From Raja brachyura (taxonomy: Eukaryota), in the NCBI GenBank assembly GCA_963514005.1, contig OY740807.1:22258001-22322000 (forward strand): a stretch of 64,000 nucleotides of DNA. Direction: 5' to 3'. The notes under the pieces are model-generated. The model was not told the origin of the DNA. It did no database searches and saw only the letters and a list, made by a program, of their open reading frames with translations. Positions 1-12,480 of the stretch are shown piece by piece. Each line of letters starts with the position of its first letter. Position 1 is the first letter of the stretch. The translations under genes were made by a program, and so were the position numbers.

Positions 1-190
1 AATGTCAAGAAATTTACAGCTGTTAACTCTGTCCACCACTGACCCACCAATTGAAACCGGCACGTGGCCTCTTGACTTCCGCCTTTCTGAAGTCAACAAT
101 TAGTTCCTTGGTCTTGTTGACACTGACTGAGACATTGATGTTGTGGCAGCATTCAGCCACGTGTTCTGTCTCTCACTTGTGATCCAATTA
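1..190 (-). mobile_element. Rex1/Babar-type LINE fragment (RT C-terminal region), degenerate
   Basis: The reverse strand resembles the Rex-type WCxxNNLSLNVSKTKELIVDFR motif (ctgaagtcaacaattagttccttggtcttgttgac on +). Confidence 0.7.
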
Positions 191-639
191 TAACCGCTGT
201 GTTTAACTTCGTTAAAATGTGGTTCATGGACTTGATTTAGTCAGAGTTCAGTAAAATAAGTCAATGCCCGGAAACGGTTGTGTGGTGTTTTAAACAGATG
301 ATGGGCTCAGTTTTTAGGTTATTTTTCATTACACAGACTGGTGCCTTCTAATCCCTCAGGCAATTCCCTCACCATTTCTCAAAAGAGGATTTGGATTGTT
401 TTGTTAAACTCGTCCAACTGAAAGAAACTGGGCTCCTTGCCACAGCGTTTGTTGATCCTGATTAACATCCGAACAATTTGTCACTTAACCTCTGTCTCAT
501 ACTCTGCATTCCCAAGATTCTGAGATGTCTGAAGAGTAAAGCAGTTAATAATGAAGACTTTGGCAGGAGTGAGTTGCTTAGGTGGGAGAGGAGGTTGCAA
601 GGACTGAGCTACTTCTTGGGGACTGAGAAGGGCTTGTTT

Positions 640-1500
640 TTATCTGGCTTTGTAGGTTCTGAGGGTTAATGAAGGCCCTGTAAGCGTTGCAGCCTCTTCC
701 ACAGATGGGACAGGAGATGACCAACTAGGTGGGTTTGTGAGATGGTGCCCTCCTTCTGCCAGCTATACAGGGCTTGAATGTTGTCTTCATGCATGGCCCC
801 AAGTTCTCAATACCATCCCAAATCCTCATCTCCATTTCGAACAAACATGGGATCAAGCTTCCCAGGAGTCAAAGGCAATGTTGCATTTCTTGAAAGAAGA
901 AGAAGCACATTATTGAATCATTTTCTCTGTCCACCTGGTAACTTCAACCCATGACAGAGTTCAGAATAGACTGTCGGTTTCTGGAGGCTGTTGTTGACAA
1001 GGTAGTGAGCTGTAAGTAACCAGGGTCTCAATGCTGTGATATGATTGCTTTGCTTTTCCTTCCAGTAACTTTGTATGATTTTGCTGAAAAAATTAATAGT
1101 ACTTCTCCATTACAGCTGTAGGTAGTCCAGATTTCAGTAGCATATGGGAAGGCAAGGATCACTGCCTACCCCATTGTGCCAATTCGGAGGTCTTGGTCTT
1201 CAAATGTCTCTTTCCTCAGGCCTCCAAATGCCATTCTGGGGCATTGAAGATGAAGGTGAAATTCATCATCAATATCGCTTCCTCGAAGGTAGCTCCTGAA
1301 ATATGAGATGTGTCCATGTTTTCCAGAATCGCAGCATGAATCTTCTTTGTCTCTAGACAGCGGGGCAGGTTAATGGAGGTCATTGTTCTTACAGAGAATG
1401 TAGGACCCATCCCCTTGCTTGCTATGAGGTCAATAAGGTCTTGAAGCTTGCATTATGCCAGTGACAGTTCGACTGATGCCAGAATGTGGTTTGCAATTTC
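640..1500 (-). mobile_element. RTE-clade LINE 3' fragment, heavily decayed
   Basis: The reverse strand shows remnants resembling YLGS...IDDEI...AFGxLRKxxFEDQDL, LxYAxExWTTY and a C-terminal SCPICGRxC; many frameshifts. Confidence 0.65.
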
Positions 1501-2829
1501 AAGTCCACTTATTTATTGAACTTACTCTCAACAAATGCAAGGGGGGGGACAATAAACGCATCTCTAATTACTGTTCAATGTGTGTTGGAGAATCAGCTGC
1601 AGGTTTATAGTCAGATCCATTGGCATCAATGGAACCAAACATCATGGGATGAATACAACTGGCAGTTGATATTTTTGAACATGTTTATTGCCACCAAGGA
1701 GAGAGAAATATCTCGACTAACATGTTAAGTAGAAATTATAGTGCAGGATGCTGTTGACAACATGACCCGTGAAATGAAATATTGTCTTCAAAACAAGTGA
1801 TGCTGTTTTCTTATCTCAAAAGTGGCTTGTCCAGCTATTGTAAAAAAGTGTTCTGAAAATTGACAAATCATGCATCCTGTAACTTCTAAACCACAGCTAA
1901 GTTTAATTCCACATTAACAATATTTAACTTCAAGGGTCATGCCAATAGCACATGGTACCATAATTGAATATTACAAATAGAATTCATGGGGACCCAAGCA
2001 GAAACACCCTCAGCTTTAATACAACGGCCCTGCTGTTCCTGGATCGATCAGCGATGTGGAGAGGGGGGACGTGCTGCATGGGCAACAGCCTGTCCTCCAC
2101 ATGACAAAGCCCAAGCTTGCATCCGACCACACATCACCTGCAAACTAGGATGCATCACCCATGGTCAGTCATGACCGAGGGGGGGCCTACTAGACTAGAC
2201 ATACAACACAGAAACAGGCCCTTCGGCCCATTGAATCTGCATTGACCATCAACCACTCACTTACACGAACAAATTAAACCCCAAGGTATCTTCTAAATAG
2301 GAACATTTTAACCAATTAATGAAGTAAAAAGAAACTGAAATCCATAATCACATGAGATTAAATCAAATGCTAATCCTAAATATAGGTATAAATAACAAGA
2401 ATATATGACATGTTTAAACTGTTATTCGTTTCTATGGACTTATGTTCTGCTCATCTATCCCACGGGTTCATGTCCGAATCCCGGACAATTTTTTGTAAGA
2501 GCTGCAGCGTTGAGTGTGTTTAAGGAAAACTATTCCTCCTCATTCTGTTCCAATTTTCTGCAGTCTTTGAAGAGGTTGACCATTCCATCTTCCCCGGCAC
2601 CTTGCCATCGGTTGGGTGGTCCAGCCTCTGTTGCCTCCTATCTCTCCAGTCATGACCAGGAAAATACATTACTCTGTGCATCTGTGCCAATACCTTTGGA
2701 GTCCTTCAGGAAAACCATGCCTTTTCTCATACTTTTCTCAATGTCCTCTCAGTAACTACCTGAAAATGCATGACCCATTATGACATTCTACCATGTCTAT
2801 CTAACCGTAACCTTTCCACTGCTTTTGAT

Positions 2830-3085
2830 CTGTCACTCTGGTAATATTGTACAGAAACAGACCCTTGGGTCCACTTTATTTGTGCCAAACAACAAACACC
2901 TATTTACACCAATCCTACATGAATCCCATCAACTGCCCCTCTCCCCTATTCTACCATCTACTAACACTATGGGTAATATACAGTGTACAACTAACCTACC
3001 AACTTTCACATCTTTGGGATGACAGAGGAAACTGGAACAGCCAAAGGAAACCCATGCGATTACAGGAAGAACGTGCAAACTCTAC
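2830..3085 (-). mobile_element. HE1/V-SINE fragment
   Basis: Reverse complement of the V-SINE core (acaggaagaacgtgcaaactc) plus CR1-like tail. Confidence 0.6.
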
Positions 3086-3228
3086 TGTGCTCCTCATTGC
3101 CACAGCATCGCTCTCTCTGCTTATCATTCATAACACACTTGTGAAATACCTATTTCGATATTGACAGGTTTATTCCAACTAAACGGTAGGCAGACATTAA
3201 GCCCTGATATTGATGCTAAACATTTGTC

Positions 3229-4090
3229 TGCAAGCAAGCAAGCAAGTTTGTTTATATAGCACATTTCAGCAACAAGGCAATTCAAAGTGCTTTACACAAA
3301 GCATTAAAAAGAAATCAAAAGCATTTAAAAACAGTCATTAAAAAGAATAGAAAATAAAAAAGCTAAAATAGAATAAGACAAGTATAAAATACACGAATAA
3401 AAGTTACAGTGCAGTGTAAGAAATAAATAATTATTTGATTTAATTAAAAGCAGCGTAAAAGAGAAAAATCTTCAGCCTTGATTTAAAAGAACTGAGAGTT
3501 GGAGCGGACCTGCATTTTTCCAGAAGTTTGTTCCATATATGTGGTGCATAAAAACTAAACGCTACTTCTCCGAGTTTAGTTCTGGGGACAGAAAGCAGAC
3601 CTGTCCCAGGTGACCTCCGAGGTCTGGATGGTTCATAATGTAGCAGAAGATCAGAAATGTATTTTGGCCCTCGACCATTCTGTGCTTTATAAACGAACAT
3701 TAATATTTTGAAATCAATTCTTTGACAGAGTGGAAGCCAGTGCAAAGACCTCAAAACTGGAGTGATGTGATCCACTTTCTTGGTCTTAGAGAGGACTCGA
3801 GCAGCAGCGTTCTCAATCAGCTGCAGCTGTCTAATCGATTTTTTAGGGAGACCTGTGAAGACAGCATTAATCAACTCTATTGAAGATAAATTCATGGACT
3901 AGTTTTTCCAAACCCTGCTGAACCGTAAGTCCTTTAACCCTTGATATATTCTTAAGGTGATAGTCGGTTGACTTTGTAATTGTCTTTAAGTGGAGGTTGA
4001 AATTCAGGTCTGAGTCCATGATTACATGGACCAAGAGCTCTGGCTTTGCCCGTGATTTTTAACATTGCCGATTGAAGCTGAGCACTGACT
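3229..4090 (-). mobile_element. L2-clade LINE 3' end (ORF2 C-terminus, 3'UTR, (TTGC)n tail)
   Basis: ORF 3440-3895 reads LQLIENAAARVL...HITPVLRSLHWLP...RIDFKIL, the classic L2 C-terminus. Upstream is VIMDSDLNF...YHLKNISR, and the tail is gcaagcaagcaagcaag. Confidence 0.92.
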
Positions 4091-4269
4091 GCAGGGGAGT
4101 CCAGAACCAAGAAGGATACATAGTGTTACAGCTGTAGTGAAGGAGACTGATGGGTGACCTGATTGAAATATATTAGACATGATGAGGCATAAATAGGTTA
4201 CATAGAATCTTTATCCCATGGTTGGAGTGTCAAAAACAAGAGGGCATGGGTTTTAAGGTGAGAGGTAGA

Positions 4270-4920
4270 TCGTAGGCCTCAGACCACTGCCGTATAACTC
4301 TTTTTGGTGTGCATCATGCTTCAACCTCTGTAAGCAGCATTGACCGATGATCAGCTGGATTGAAATAAGGTGAGGGATGGAGGCGTGGTCCAATAAGGCA
4401 TGGTCCAACGTGTTAACACCTTGCAAGGGGCAGGAGTCATGCTGATGGCATTTGGGAAATAAGATCCAGAAGTTCGCTTGATTGAACCGGACATCAGGGT
4501 TTGCTGTTTATGGGAGTTGGTGACTGAGTACAAGTCATCCAGTGCCATCTTGGCATTGGCTTGCTGTGGTATGTAGACCAGCAACAAGATAATGGAGGTG
4601 AATTCCCTCGGTAGGTAAAAGGGACGGCACTATATGGAGCAGTGTTCACAGTCAGGGGAGCAGAAATGAGCTAAGACCGTCACATCAGTGCACCATGAAG
4701 CATTTACCTAAAGGCAGACACCTCTGCCTTTCCCCTTGCCTGAGGATTTCATCGGATCCATACGATGAACGGAGAAACAAGCAGGTTGTTTGCCGGGTGA
4801 GAGGAGTCATGGGGGAACCATTTTTCAGCGACAAATGCATAGCAGTCGCTGATCGCCCTTTGAAATGGTAACCGTGCTCTCAGCTCATCAAGCTTGTTCT
4901 GGAATGACTGAACATGATAT
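4270..4920 (-). mobile_element. Rex1/Babar LINE endonuclease-domain fragment
   Basis: The reverse strand reads CRPFYLPREFTSIILLLVYIPQQANAKMALDDL and NKLDELRARL, both Rex APE motifs. Confidence 0.85.
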
Positions 4921-5249
4921 GATGTTTGCTGGGGAGAGGTTGGGGCTGAAATCCCCATCGTTGCAGGTGCACCTGCAGTCCCCACACTGACAGCCATGCT
5001 TTTGTGGTTTGGAAGCACTCCCAGCTGTGCCGGTGAAGTTGAGACTAAAACAGAACATGGTTCTGAGAGTTCCTTTAAAATAGTGACAATTGACAGGAAA
5101 CGTTCAGTGCCGGAACGGACAGATAATCGGTAAGAACGGTCATAAGGGACTGTCTTCAGTGTTGTCAGAGGAGCAACATGCTCCTACTCTCAATTTACAG
5201 AACACTTCAGTAACAACTAAAGCCCCTTTTTAAGCAATTGTTCCAGTAA

Positions 5250-5914
5250 ATTGGCCTGTCCTACTTAGGCAACTTTTTAGGCAACTGCAGGAGACTTTGC
5301 AGTCACCACATGTTCGCCACATGTTCGCGGGTGCTTGCCAGGGAGTCACCTTCATGGCCGTGAGGAGTTCCCACATTTTGGGAACTAGTCGAGGCCTCAT
5401 TATGGTCGCCGAGAATTTTTCAACATGTTGAAAAATTAGTGGCGACTAGAATGAAGTCGCCATAGAGATTAGCGAGAATTCTCGAGCCGTAGGTGGGTCG
5501 CAAAGAGGTCCTATTAGGTTGCCAGGAGGTCGAAGGTTCTCGGAGGTTCTCGTAGGTTGCAGTCGGTGCTGACCGGTGAATTTCATTGGGGCAAGAAAAA
5601 GGTAAGCAGTAGCTTACAGAACCAAGGAACCAACCAGTAATGTTAAATGTCTGCCGAACTTCACAGCCGTGTATCTCTGGCTTCTTAAAAGTTGTCTCCA
5701 CTCCTTCTCCCTCCATTTCCCACCTCTCCCCCCCCCCTTTTTAAAGGACTTACTGTACACTGTGCTTTAGCTGTCTTAATTACAGCGCCAACCTTCCTGT
5801 TCATCGCGGTGTGTGTCTGTATCACCTTGGCTTTGCACTGTGGGAATTTTATAGACAGCAACTTGACAGTCACCGGCAGTCTGCTGAAAAATCACCCAAG
5901 TGGGACAGGGCCAT
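5250..5914. mobile_element. Non-autonomous PIF/Harbinger-like DNA transposon
   Basis: Imperfect TIRs ggcctgtcctactt / aagtgggacagggcc with TAA/TTA flanks; same terminus family as other copies in the window. Confidence 0.7.
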
Positions 5915-6254
5915 TAGTCCTAAACATTTGCATTTCACAAAACAGAAGTTGGCCTCGCACTTTACACATCTGTGATTGCTCTCCAGCCACAGTTACTTAC
6001 TGTAACTAAGCCAGACATAGAAGGATACTGTCCTAATGCAGGCAAATGGGATTAGTGGCTGTGGTGGGTCAAAGGGCCTGCTTCTGTGCTGTCCAATATG
6101 GGTCTTAATGAAAGTGCAGGCAGAAATTAGATCTATTGAGACAGTTGAGGGAAATCTCAAGTGTTCTTTTCGTAACAAGAATTTTTCCTCCACTGACCGT
6201 GAGATTCTAGAGCCCTTTTTATTTGTTTTGCTTCAATTGCAGCACTTTGGCTTT

Positions 6255-6447
6255 TGCAAATAAATAGCCAGGATATAAATTATCTTGAAGATCAACACAA
6301 CAGCGGGTAAGGCAGCATCTCTGGAGAAAATGGCCAGGTGACGTTACGGTTTGGGACTCTTCTTCTATCCATTTTCTCCAGAGATGATGCCTTACCCGCT
6401 GTTGTGTTGATCTTCAAGATAATTTATATCCTGGCTATTTATTTGCA
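6255..6447. repeat. 79-bp near-perfect inverted repeat with 35-nt loop
   Basis: 6255-6333 matches the reverse complement of 6369-6447 with one mismatch. Confidence 0.95.
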
Positions 6448-6454
6448 CATTTAT

Positions 6455-6780
6455 TTTTAGTTTTATTTAGTTTTTATTTTAGACCTACAACGTGGAAACA
6501 GGCCCTTCAGCCCACCGCATTCGTGCCATCCAGCGATTCCCGCTCATTAACACTACCCTACACACACTAGGGACAATTTGCACATACACCAAGCCATTTA
6601 ACCTACAAACCTACATGTCTTTGGAGTGTGGGAGGAAACTGAAGTTCTCTGCGAAAACCTATGTGGTCATGGGGAGAATGTACAAACTCAGTACAGACAG
6701 CACCAGTAGTCGGGATTGAACCCAGGGTCTCCAGTGCTACAAGCGCTGTAAGGCAGCAACTCTACCATTGTGCCACCATG
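6455..6780 (-). mobile_element. HE1/V-SINE, near full length
   Basis: tRNA-like head, V-domain core and CR1-like tail ending in (tttag)n-like repeats, all in reverse. Confidence 0.85.
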
Positions 6781-7769
6781 TCGACCTGCTGAGTTACTCC
6801 AGCATTTTGTGCCTATCTTCGGTATAAACCAGCATCTGCAGTTCCTTTTATTACATTATTAGCGTGTCTCCTCGAGTGCAATTATATAATGTGACAGAAC
6901 AACATCTGTTTTGTAAGCTGCATATGTCATCTGTTTAGTATAAACTGGAACATTTTCTACAGAAGCAGTTATAGTTGGGTCACTGATTTGTTTTGTAAAT
7001 TGAGAGTATTCAGCTCTGTAACCAGGGAATTGTTAGAGAATTGTAAGGATTTCTGGGGCTTGGGATTTAGTTGATTGCTTCACTCTGCTCCCAACTAAAA
7101 GCCTTGAACCTCATCCAAAAGTAGATGGATGCACAGGTCTGAAAAATGAACAGTTGGGATTGTGTAACCTTAATGCCCACGTCACAATCAAAAACAGAGT
7201 GGTGGCAGTGTGGATGAAGTGAACTCATGTAACTGTGGGATTTCTCACCCTGCGGCTAGACTTTGATACTGGGACAACCAACGTGAAATATTGGAAATCA
7301 GAAACCACTTATTCAAGGATACCGTGGCAGTGAGAAACAGATGACTTGTTTTGTCAGAGGTTTTTGTACTGATTTTTGTTTCCCTGTTAGACTTCAGCTT
7401 GGAGTACAGTTGAAGAGATTTTTCCAAGAGTGCGAGAATGCTGCTGCAACCGAGAGGCTTAATAGAGCTATTCTTCATGAAGGGAAATGGGACGTATTAA
7501 AAATCGCAATTGGTCATGAAATAAGGTGACATGGTCAAGGTATACACCCCGACCTTCGCGCTGTGACTTCTCAAGTGTTGTTGACTTTATAGCTCACAAC
7601 TCTTACAGTAGGACAAGAGAGGAATTTTGATTTATCTGATTAATTGGCTAATTCAAATCTGGAGGAATATGTTATGATTTTGATTGAATGAACCAAACTG
7701 CTAAACGATCTTAATGTCACAGAGAAAGTATTGTGGGAACTGAACCAAGGAGTTCGGGGGTGGGGGAGG

Positions 7770-8190
7770 GTCGGCGGGTCAAGAGGGGGATTGGGGAGAG
7801 ATGGGAGGGGGGCAGGGGGAAGGGAAGGCATTAGCAGGTTATTACTTGAAATTGGAGAATTACGTTTTCATGCCATTAAGCCTTACCCTGGCAGTTAAGG
7901 AGGCCAAGGACGGAAAGGTCAGCATGGGAATGAGAGTGGGAGTTCAAAGGGATAAAAAACTGTGAGATCCAGCAGAACTTGGCGGATGGAGCATAAGTGT
8001 TTGAGGAAACTCACACAACCCTTCCTCATCTGTATCCATCTATCACTTGCCTGGCTTTGCCCACCCCACGTCACTTTTCTAGCAATCTTCCCTACTCCCA
8101 TCAGTCTGAAGGGACCTAGGCCGAAATACTGCCTGCCCATTCCCTCTGCACATGCCGCCTGACCTACTGAGTCCCTCTAGCACTTTATAT
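7770..8190. mobile_element. Penelope-like element remnant with terminal pLTR piece
   Basis: ttgaaattggagaatt...ttcatgcc is the reverse of the PLE C-terminal GMNxxFSNF-like motif; followed by a degenerate ctgaag...ccgaaa pLTR end. Confidence 0.55.
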
Positions 8191-9112
8191 TTTATGCAGA
8201 CCGTGACTATGTATTTTAAATACTGTTTCTTGGTACTAAATGCTACGTACTGGATCCATTGTGCTTGTAACCATTTTTTCTGCATCTATCATGGCATGTG
8301 TTCTGACATAAGTCTCTTGAGTTAATTTAATTTAAATCTTGAAAAGAAAACAATTTTATGAATTGATAAATATTACAAGGGCAACCTTAAATGGATTTAA
8401 CTAACACCAGATATCAGATATTACCAATGTGGTTGCACAATTACCATTAGATCCGTAGTGGAGTGTTATGCTGTCTTAAATAATCGTATTAAAGCACTCA
8501 AGGATGCCAAATGGTGTTCTTTGAGGAGATTTTAAAGTTGTGTCAGAAATACATGGATATGCAACACAGACACTATTGGAGGAAGGTCTGAATAAACATT
8601 TGAGTATTTATCAAAATGCCATGGAGGCATTCATGTCTATGTGATCAGAAACTTTCAACATTTGTTCTAAAGCCATAAACTTTAAAATTCTCCTTCAACT
8701 ATGTATTTTAAGCAGTCTCGTATGATTTACCCGTGAAATGTGTCATTTTTCAGACCTAGCCTGGTGAGTAAAGGCTGAGCTGTAAAATGTTGCAGTTTGT
8801 AAGATCTTTTTGATTCACACAAGGAGTGAGAGGGAGCTGGAGGGAGTGGGAGAACTGTAAAGGGAGTAAGAGAGAGAAATGGAGAGAGTGAAAGAGAGTC
8901 CATGGACTTGTTTTTCAAATAATGCATTTTGCACTAATTGTTTTTTCTACAGCTTTTTCCCCATTGTCTTGTAGAATTTATGATTAGTTCATGTATAATT
9001 TATGTTTTTGTATGTCATCTGAGTCTGTGATGCTGCCTTGAGCAAGATTTGCATTGTACCTTTACCTAACTGTACTTGTGCATGGCAACAAACTCAACTT
9101 GACGGCTTCAGT

Positions 9113-9990
9113 GTGGGGAAAGGAGAGAGGGGAAGAGGGAGAAAGGGAGAGGGGTAGGGGAGAGAGGGGAAGGGGGAGAGAGGGGAAGGGGGAGAGAGGG
9201 GAAGGGGGAGAAAGGGAGAGGGGAGAGGGGGATAGCGGAAGGGGGAGAGAGGGAGAGGGGAAGGGGGAGAGGGGAAGGGGGAGAGGGGAAGGGGGAGAGA
9301 GGGGAAGGGGGAGAGAGGGAGAGGGGTAGGGGAGAGAGGGAGAGGGGAAGGGGGAAAGGAGAGAGGGGAAGGGGCAGAGAGGGAGAGGGGAAGGGGGAGA
9401 GGGGAAGGGGGGAAAGGGAGAGGGGAAGGGGGAGAGAGGGAGAGGGGAAGGGGCAGAGAGGGAGAAGGGTAGGGGCAGAGAGGGGAAGAGGGAGAAAGGG
9501 AGGGGGAGAGGGGATAGGGGAAGGGGGAGAGGGGAAGGGGGAGAGAGGGAGAGGGGAAGGGGGAGAGGGGAAGGGGGAGAGAGGGGAAGGGGGAGAGAGG
9601 GGAAGGGGGAGAGAGGGAGAGGGGTAGGGGAGAGAGGGAGAGGGGAAGGGGGAAAGGAGAGAGGGGAAGGGGAGAGGGGAAGGGGGAGAGAGGGAGAGGG
9701 GAAGGGACAGAGAGGGAGAGGGGTAGGGGAGAGAGGGGAAGGGGGGAAAGGGAGGGGAAGGGGGAGAGAGGGAGAGGGGAAGGGGCAGAGAGGGAGAAGG
9801 GTAGGGGCAGAGAGGGGAAGAGGGAGAAAGGGAGAGGGGGAGAGGGGATAGGGGAAGGGGGAGAGGGAGAGGGGAAGGGGGAGAGAGGGAGAGGGGAGAG
9901 GGGAAGGGGGAGAAAGGGAGAGGAGGAAAGGGAGAGAGGGGGGAGGGAGGGAGGGAGGGAGGAAGGGGGGGGGGGCGGAAATGGGGAAAA
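9113..9990 (+). repeat. About 870-bp polypurine (GGGGAAGGGGGAGAGAGGGAGA-like) tract
   Basis: Almost exclusively G/A on +; it explains the Pro/Ser/Leu-rich pseudo-ORFs at 9062-10064. Confidence 0.97.
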
Positions 9991-10784
9991 GGCTGTGTTG
10001 AGATGATGTCTGCATTATGTGCCAGGAAATAGGATGTGATCAAAGAAAACTTTCTAAATTGCATGATGTAAACTAAAGGGGAAGAACAAGAGGCAGTGTT
10101 CCTTTAAGAAGTTGTATGAACTTGCCACTTGACTTTTGCTCTCTTGTATGTGAGTTGTGAGGCTCCACCTACTTTTTATCTTTGTCCTTGTGCTTTGCAA
10201 AGATGGTTTAAGTTTTAATTTACTGTGGAAATCAACTGTTTTGAGTTTTACAGCTATCTGCAAAAGAAGGAAAACACAAGTGTGTATTTTGTGACTGATG
10301 AAGGGTCTCAACCCAAAACGTCACCCATTCCTTCTCTCCAGAGATGCTGCCTGACCCGCTGCATTATTGTCTTACCTCCAGAAGAGGTTAATTTCTCCTC
10401 AATGCCATTCCAGGAATCTGTCTGACGGATTCTATTGCATGTATTCTTCCTGGTGTTGAGGAGAAGAGACCAGAGCTGTGCACAGTATTCCAGGTGTAAT
10501 CTCACCAGAGCCTTAAATGATTACAAAATTCTCTTGCAATGAAGTGTAACATATTGTTAACTTCCAAAACGCTTGCTGTACCTACCTGTACATTATAATT
10601 CAGTGATTTACGAACAATACCCAGGCCCCTCTGAGCAGCAACAGCTTCTAACCTTGAAGAAAAATAATTACATTGCTGTAGTGAACTAGCAGGGAAATAG
10701 CTCTAACTGACCATCCTACCTGTAGGATGGCATGTTAGCCACCAGCTGCTCTCCTACCAGAATCAGCTCTTAATCGTAAAGTTA

Positions 10785-11160
10785 AGGGCAGCACCACAGA
10801 ACAACTGATAGATCCAGTTCAGCTCAGCACCAGAGAGTCAAGTTCAATCCTAACCTCAGGTGCTGTCTGTGTGGAGTTTGCACATTCTCCCTGTGACTAC
10901 ATGGGTTTCCTTCATGCATCCCTTCATGTACCAGTAGCAGTCAATTCCCACATTGCAAAGACACGTGAGTTGGTAGGTTAAAAGGCCACTGAAAATCTCC
11001 CCTACAGTGCAGGTGAGTGGTAGAATCGACGGATCAGGGCAGGGCAGGAGGGGAGTTGATGGGAATGTGAGGATAATTATAAAGGGATTCATGTAGGATA
11101 AGTCTCTATGTTGTTTGATGGTGGGTGTAGATTGAATGGGTTTACGGGCCTGTGACTCTC
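10785..11160 (+). mobile_element. HE1/V-SINE, diverged
   Basis: gggcagcac head and ggtgctgtctgtgtggagtttgcacattctccctgtgac core. Confidence 0.8.
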
Positions 11161-11188
11161 TGGCACTGTTTTATTTTCTCAAACACAG

Positions 11189-11228
11189 ATGTTCAAAGAT
11201 AACAACAGAAAGCAGCTTCAGCTTTGCC
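11189..11228 (+). other. Candidate exon of an unidentified transcript (40 nt)
   Basis: Acceptor ttttattttctcaaacacag and donor gtgagt in apparently unique sequence; no recognised protein homology. Confidence 0.3.
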
Positions 11229-11633
11229 GTGAGTAGGCCAGGCAACGTGATAAGATATTCTCCTGTCTAGAATTTTCAACCACATTCTATAATAAAAGAC
11301 AATATTGAAGTAAATGTATATCAGAATTTCCTCAGGTTTAAAAGAACAATTTGCAGACCAGCAGCTTAAGAAAAAATCTGATATCATCAGTAACTTTAAT
11401 TGACAACAAGGATTCCCTTTTGGCTTAAAAGTAATATGATGCATGGATTAAAAAAACAATTTCTAACAAAGATGCAGTTTTAGCTCAATCATAGCACATT
11501 CCTTGCCAACTAATAAATGAAAGCCCTGTGGATTGTGGGTGGGTGGTTACATTTGGTTCTGGTCACCGCTACCTCTGTGTTTGCATGCTAGATGGTATAA
11601 TAATTTCAATGTCTGGATATTTTAGATCTGTAA

Positions 11634-12197
11634 AGGGCCTGTCCTACAAACATGCAACTCCATGCGATGAGCGCGACCTAACGTGGTCGCTTGAGCCGTC
11701 CGGCGTCGTGGGTCCGGTCCCACATCAATCGCCGGAGCCGTGCGGAATTGTACGGAGTTCGTCCCGACATCGCGCGGGGCTCCGAAAAAATAACTATTTT
11801 CAAAAATTCTGCGCGGCAACGGCTTGTCGGCTCACAGTCGCCTCGACGCATTACACACCGCCTCGACATCGTGCCTCCATGAACCTATCTGTAGGTGCCT
11901 CCGTGACCCCCTATGTGTGTGTCTTCGTGGCCCTCTGTGTGTGTGCCTCTGTGCCCCTCTCTGTCCTGGCGAACTTATCTTAAGACTTTGTTCCAAGTTC
12001 GCCTCACTTTGCGCCGCGTTGCGCCATTCACCCGACCTCCGCGCGGCCCTCGCTGCCGGTTTGGTCGCGCTTGCCGCATGCAGGCGCATGCTAGCGGGAA
12101 CGGCCCTGTACAGGGGATCACCCGACCTCCGCGCGGCCCCCGCTTCTAGTTTGATCGCGCTCATCGCATGGAGTCGGGTGCTGGTCGGACAGGCCCT
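11634..12197. mobile_element. Non-autonomous PIF/Harbinger element
   Basis: TIRs AGGGCCTGTCC / GGACAGGCCCT with a perfect TAA TSD (11631-11633, 12198-12200); CpG-rich interior. Confidence 0.88.
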
Positions 12198-12224
12198 TAA
12201 CTGTAGTACCACCTGGCACCGTAC

Positions 12225-12480
12225 ATGGCAGCCTCGCCAACAGCCTGTCTCATCCCTTTCTTCTTTTGTTGTTTTTAGTCTGTTTTTACTTGCATGTATT
12301 AGTGTATCTTTAGTTTTTGTATTATGTGGGGGAAACTTTTTTTATGTCTTCCCTCGACGGAGATGTGCCTTTTTCCGTATCGTAACTCCGTCCGCACTGT
12401 GGCCTTAACATCGTGGAGCTGGCGGTCCATTTGGGATCGACTTGAGGGGCTCCAACCGCAAGAACTTCGACCGACCCGAT
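12225..12480 (+). mobile_element. 5' part of a GC-rich SINE-like non-autonomous retroelement
   Basis: Starts atggcagcctcgccaacagcctgtc; same family as 42012-42660. Confidence 0.6.

Noticed and set aside
9062-10064. 317/318-aa Pro/Ser/Leu-rich ORFs
   Set aside because: Translations of the polypurine tract, which lacks stop codons by composition.
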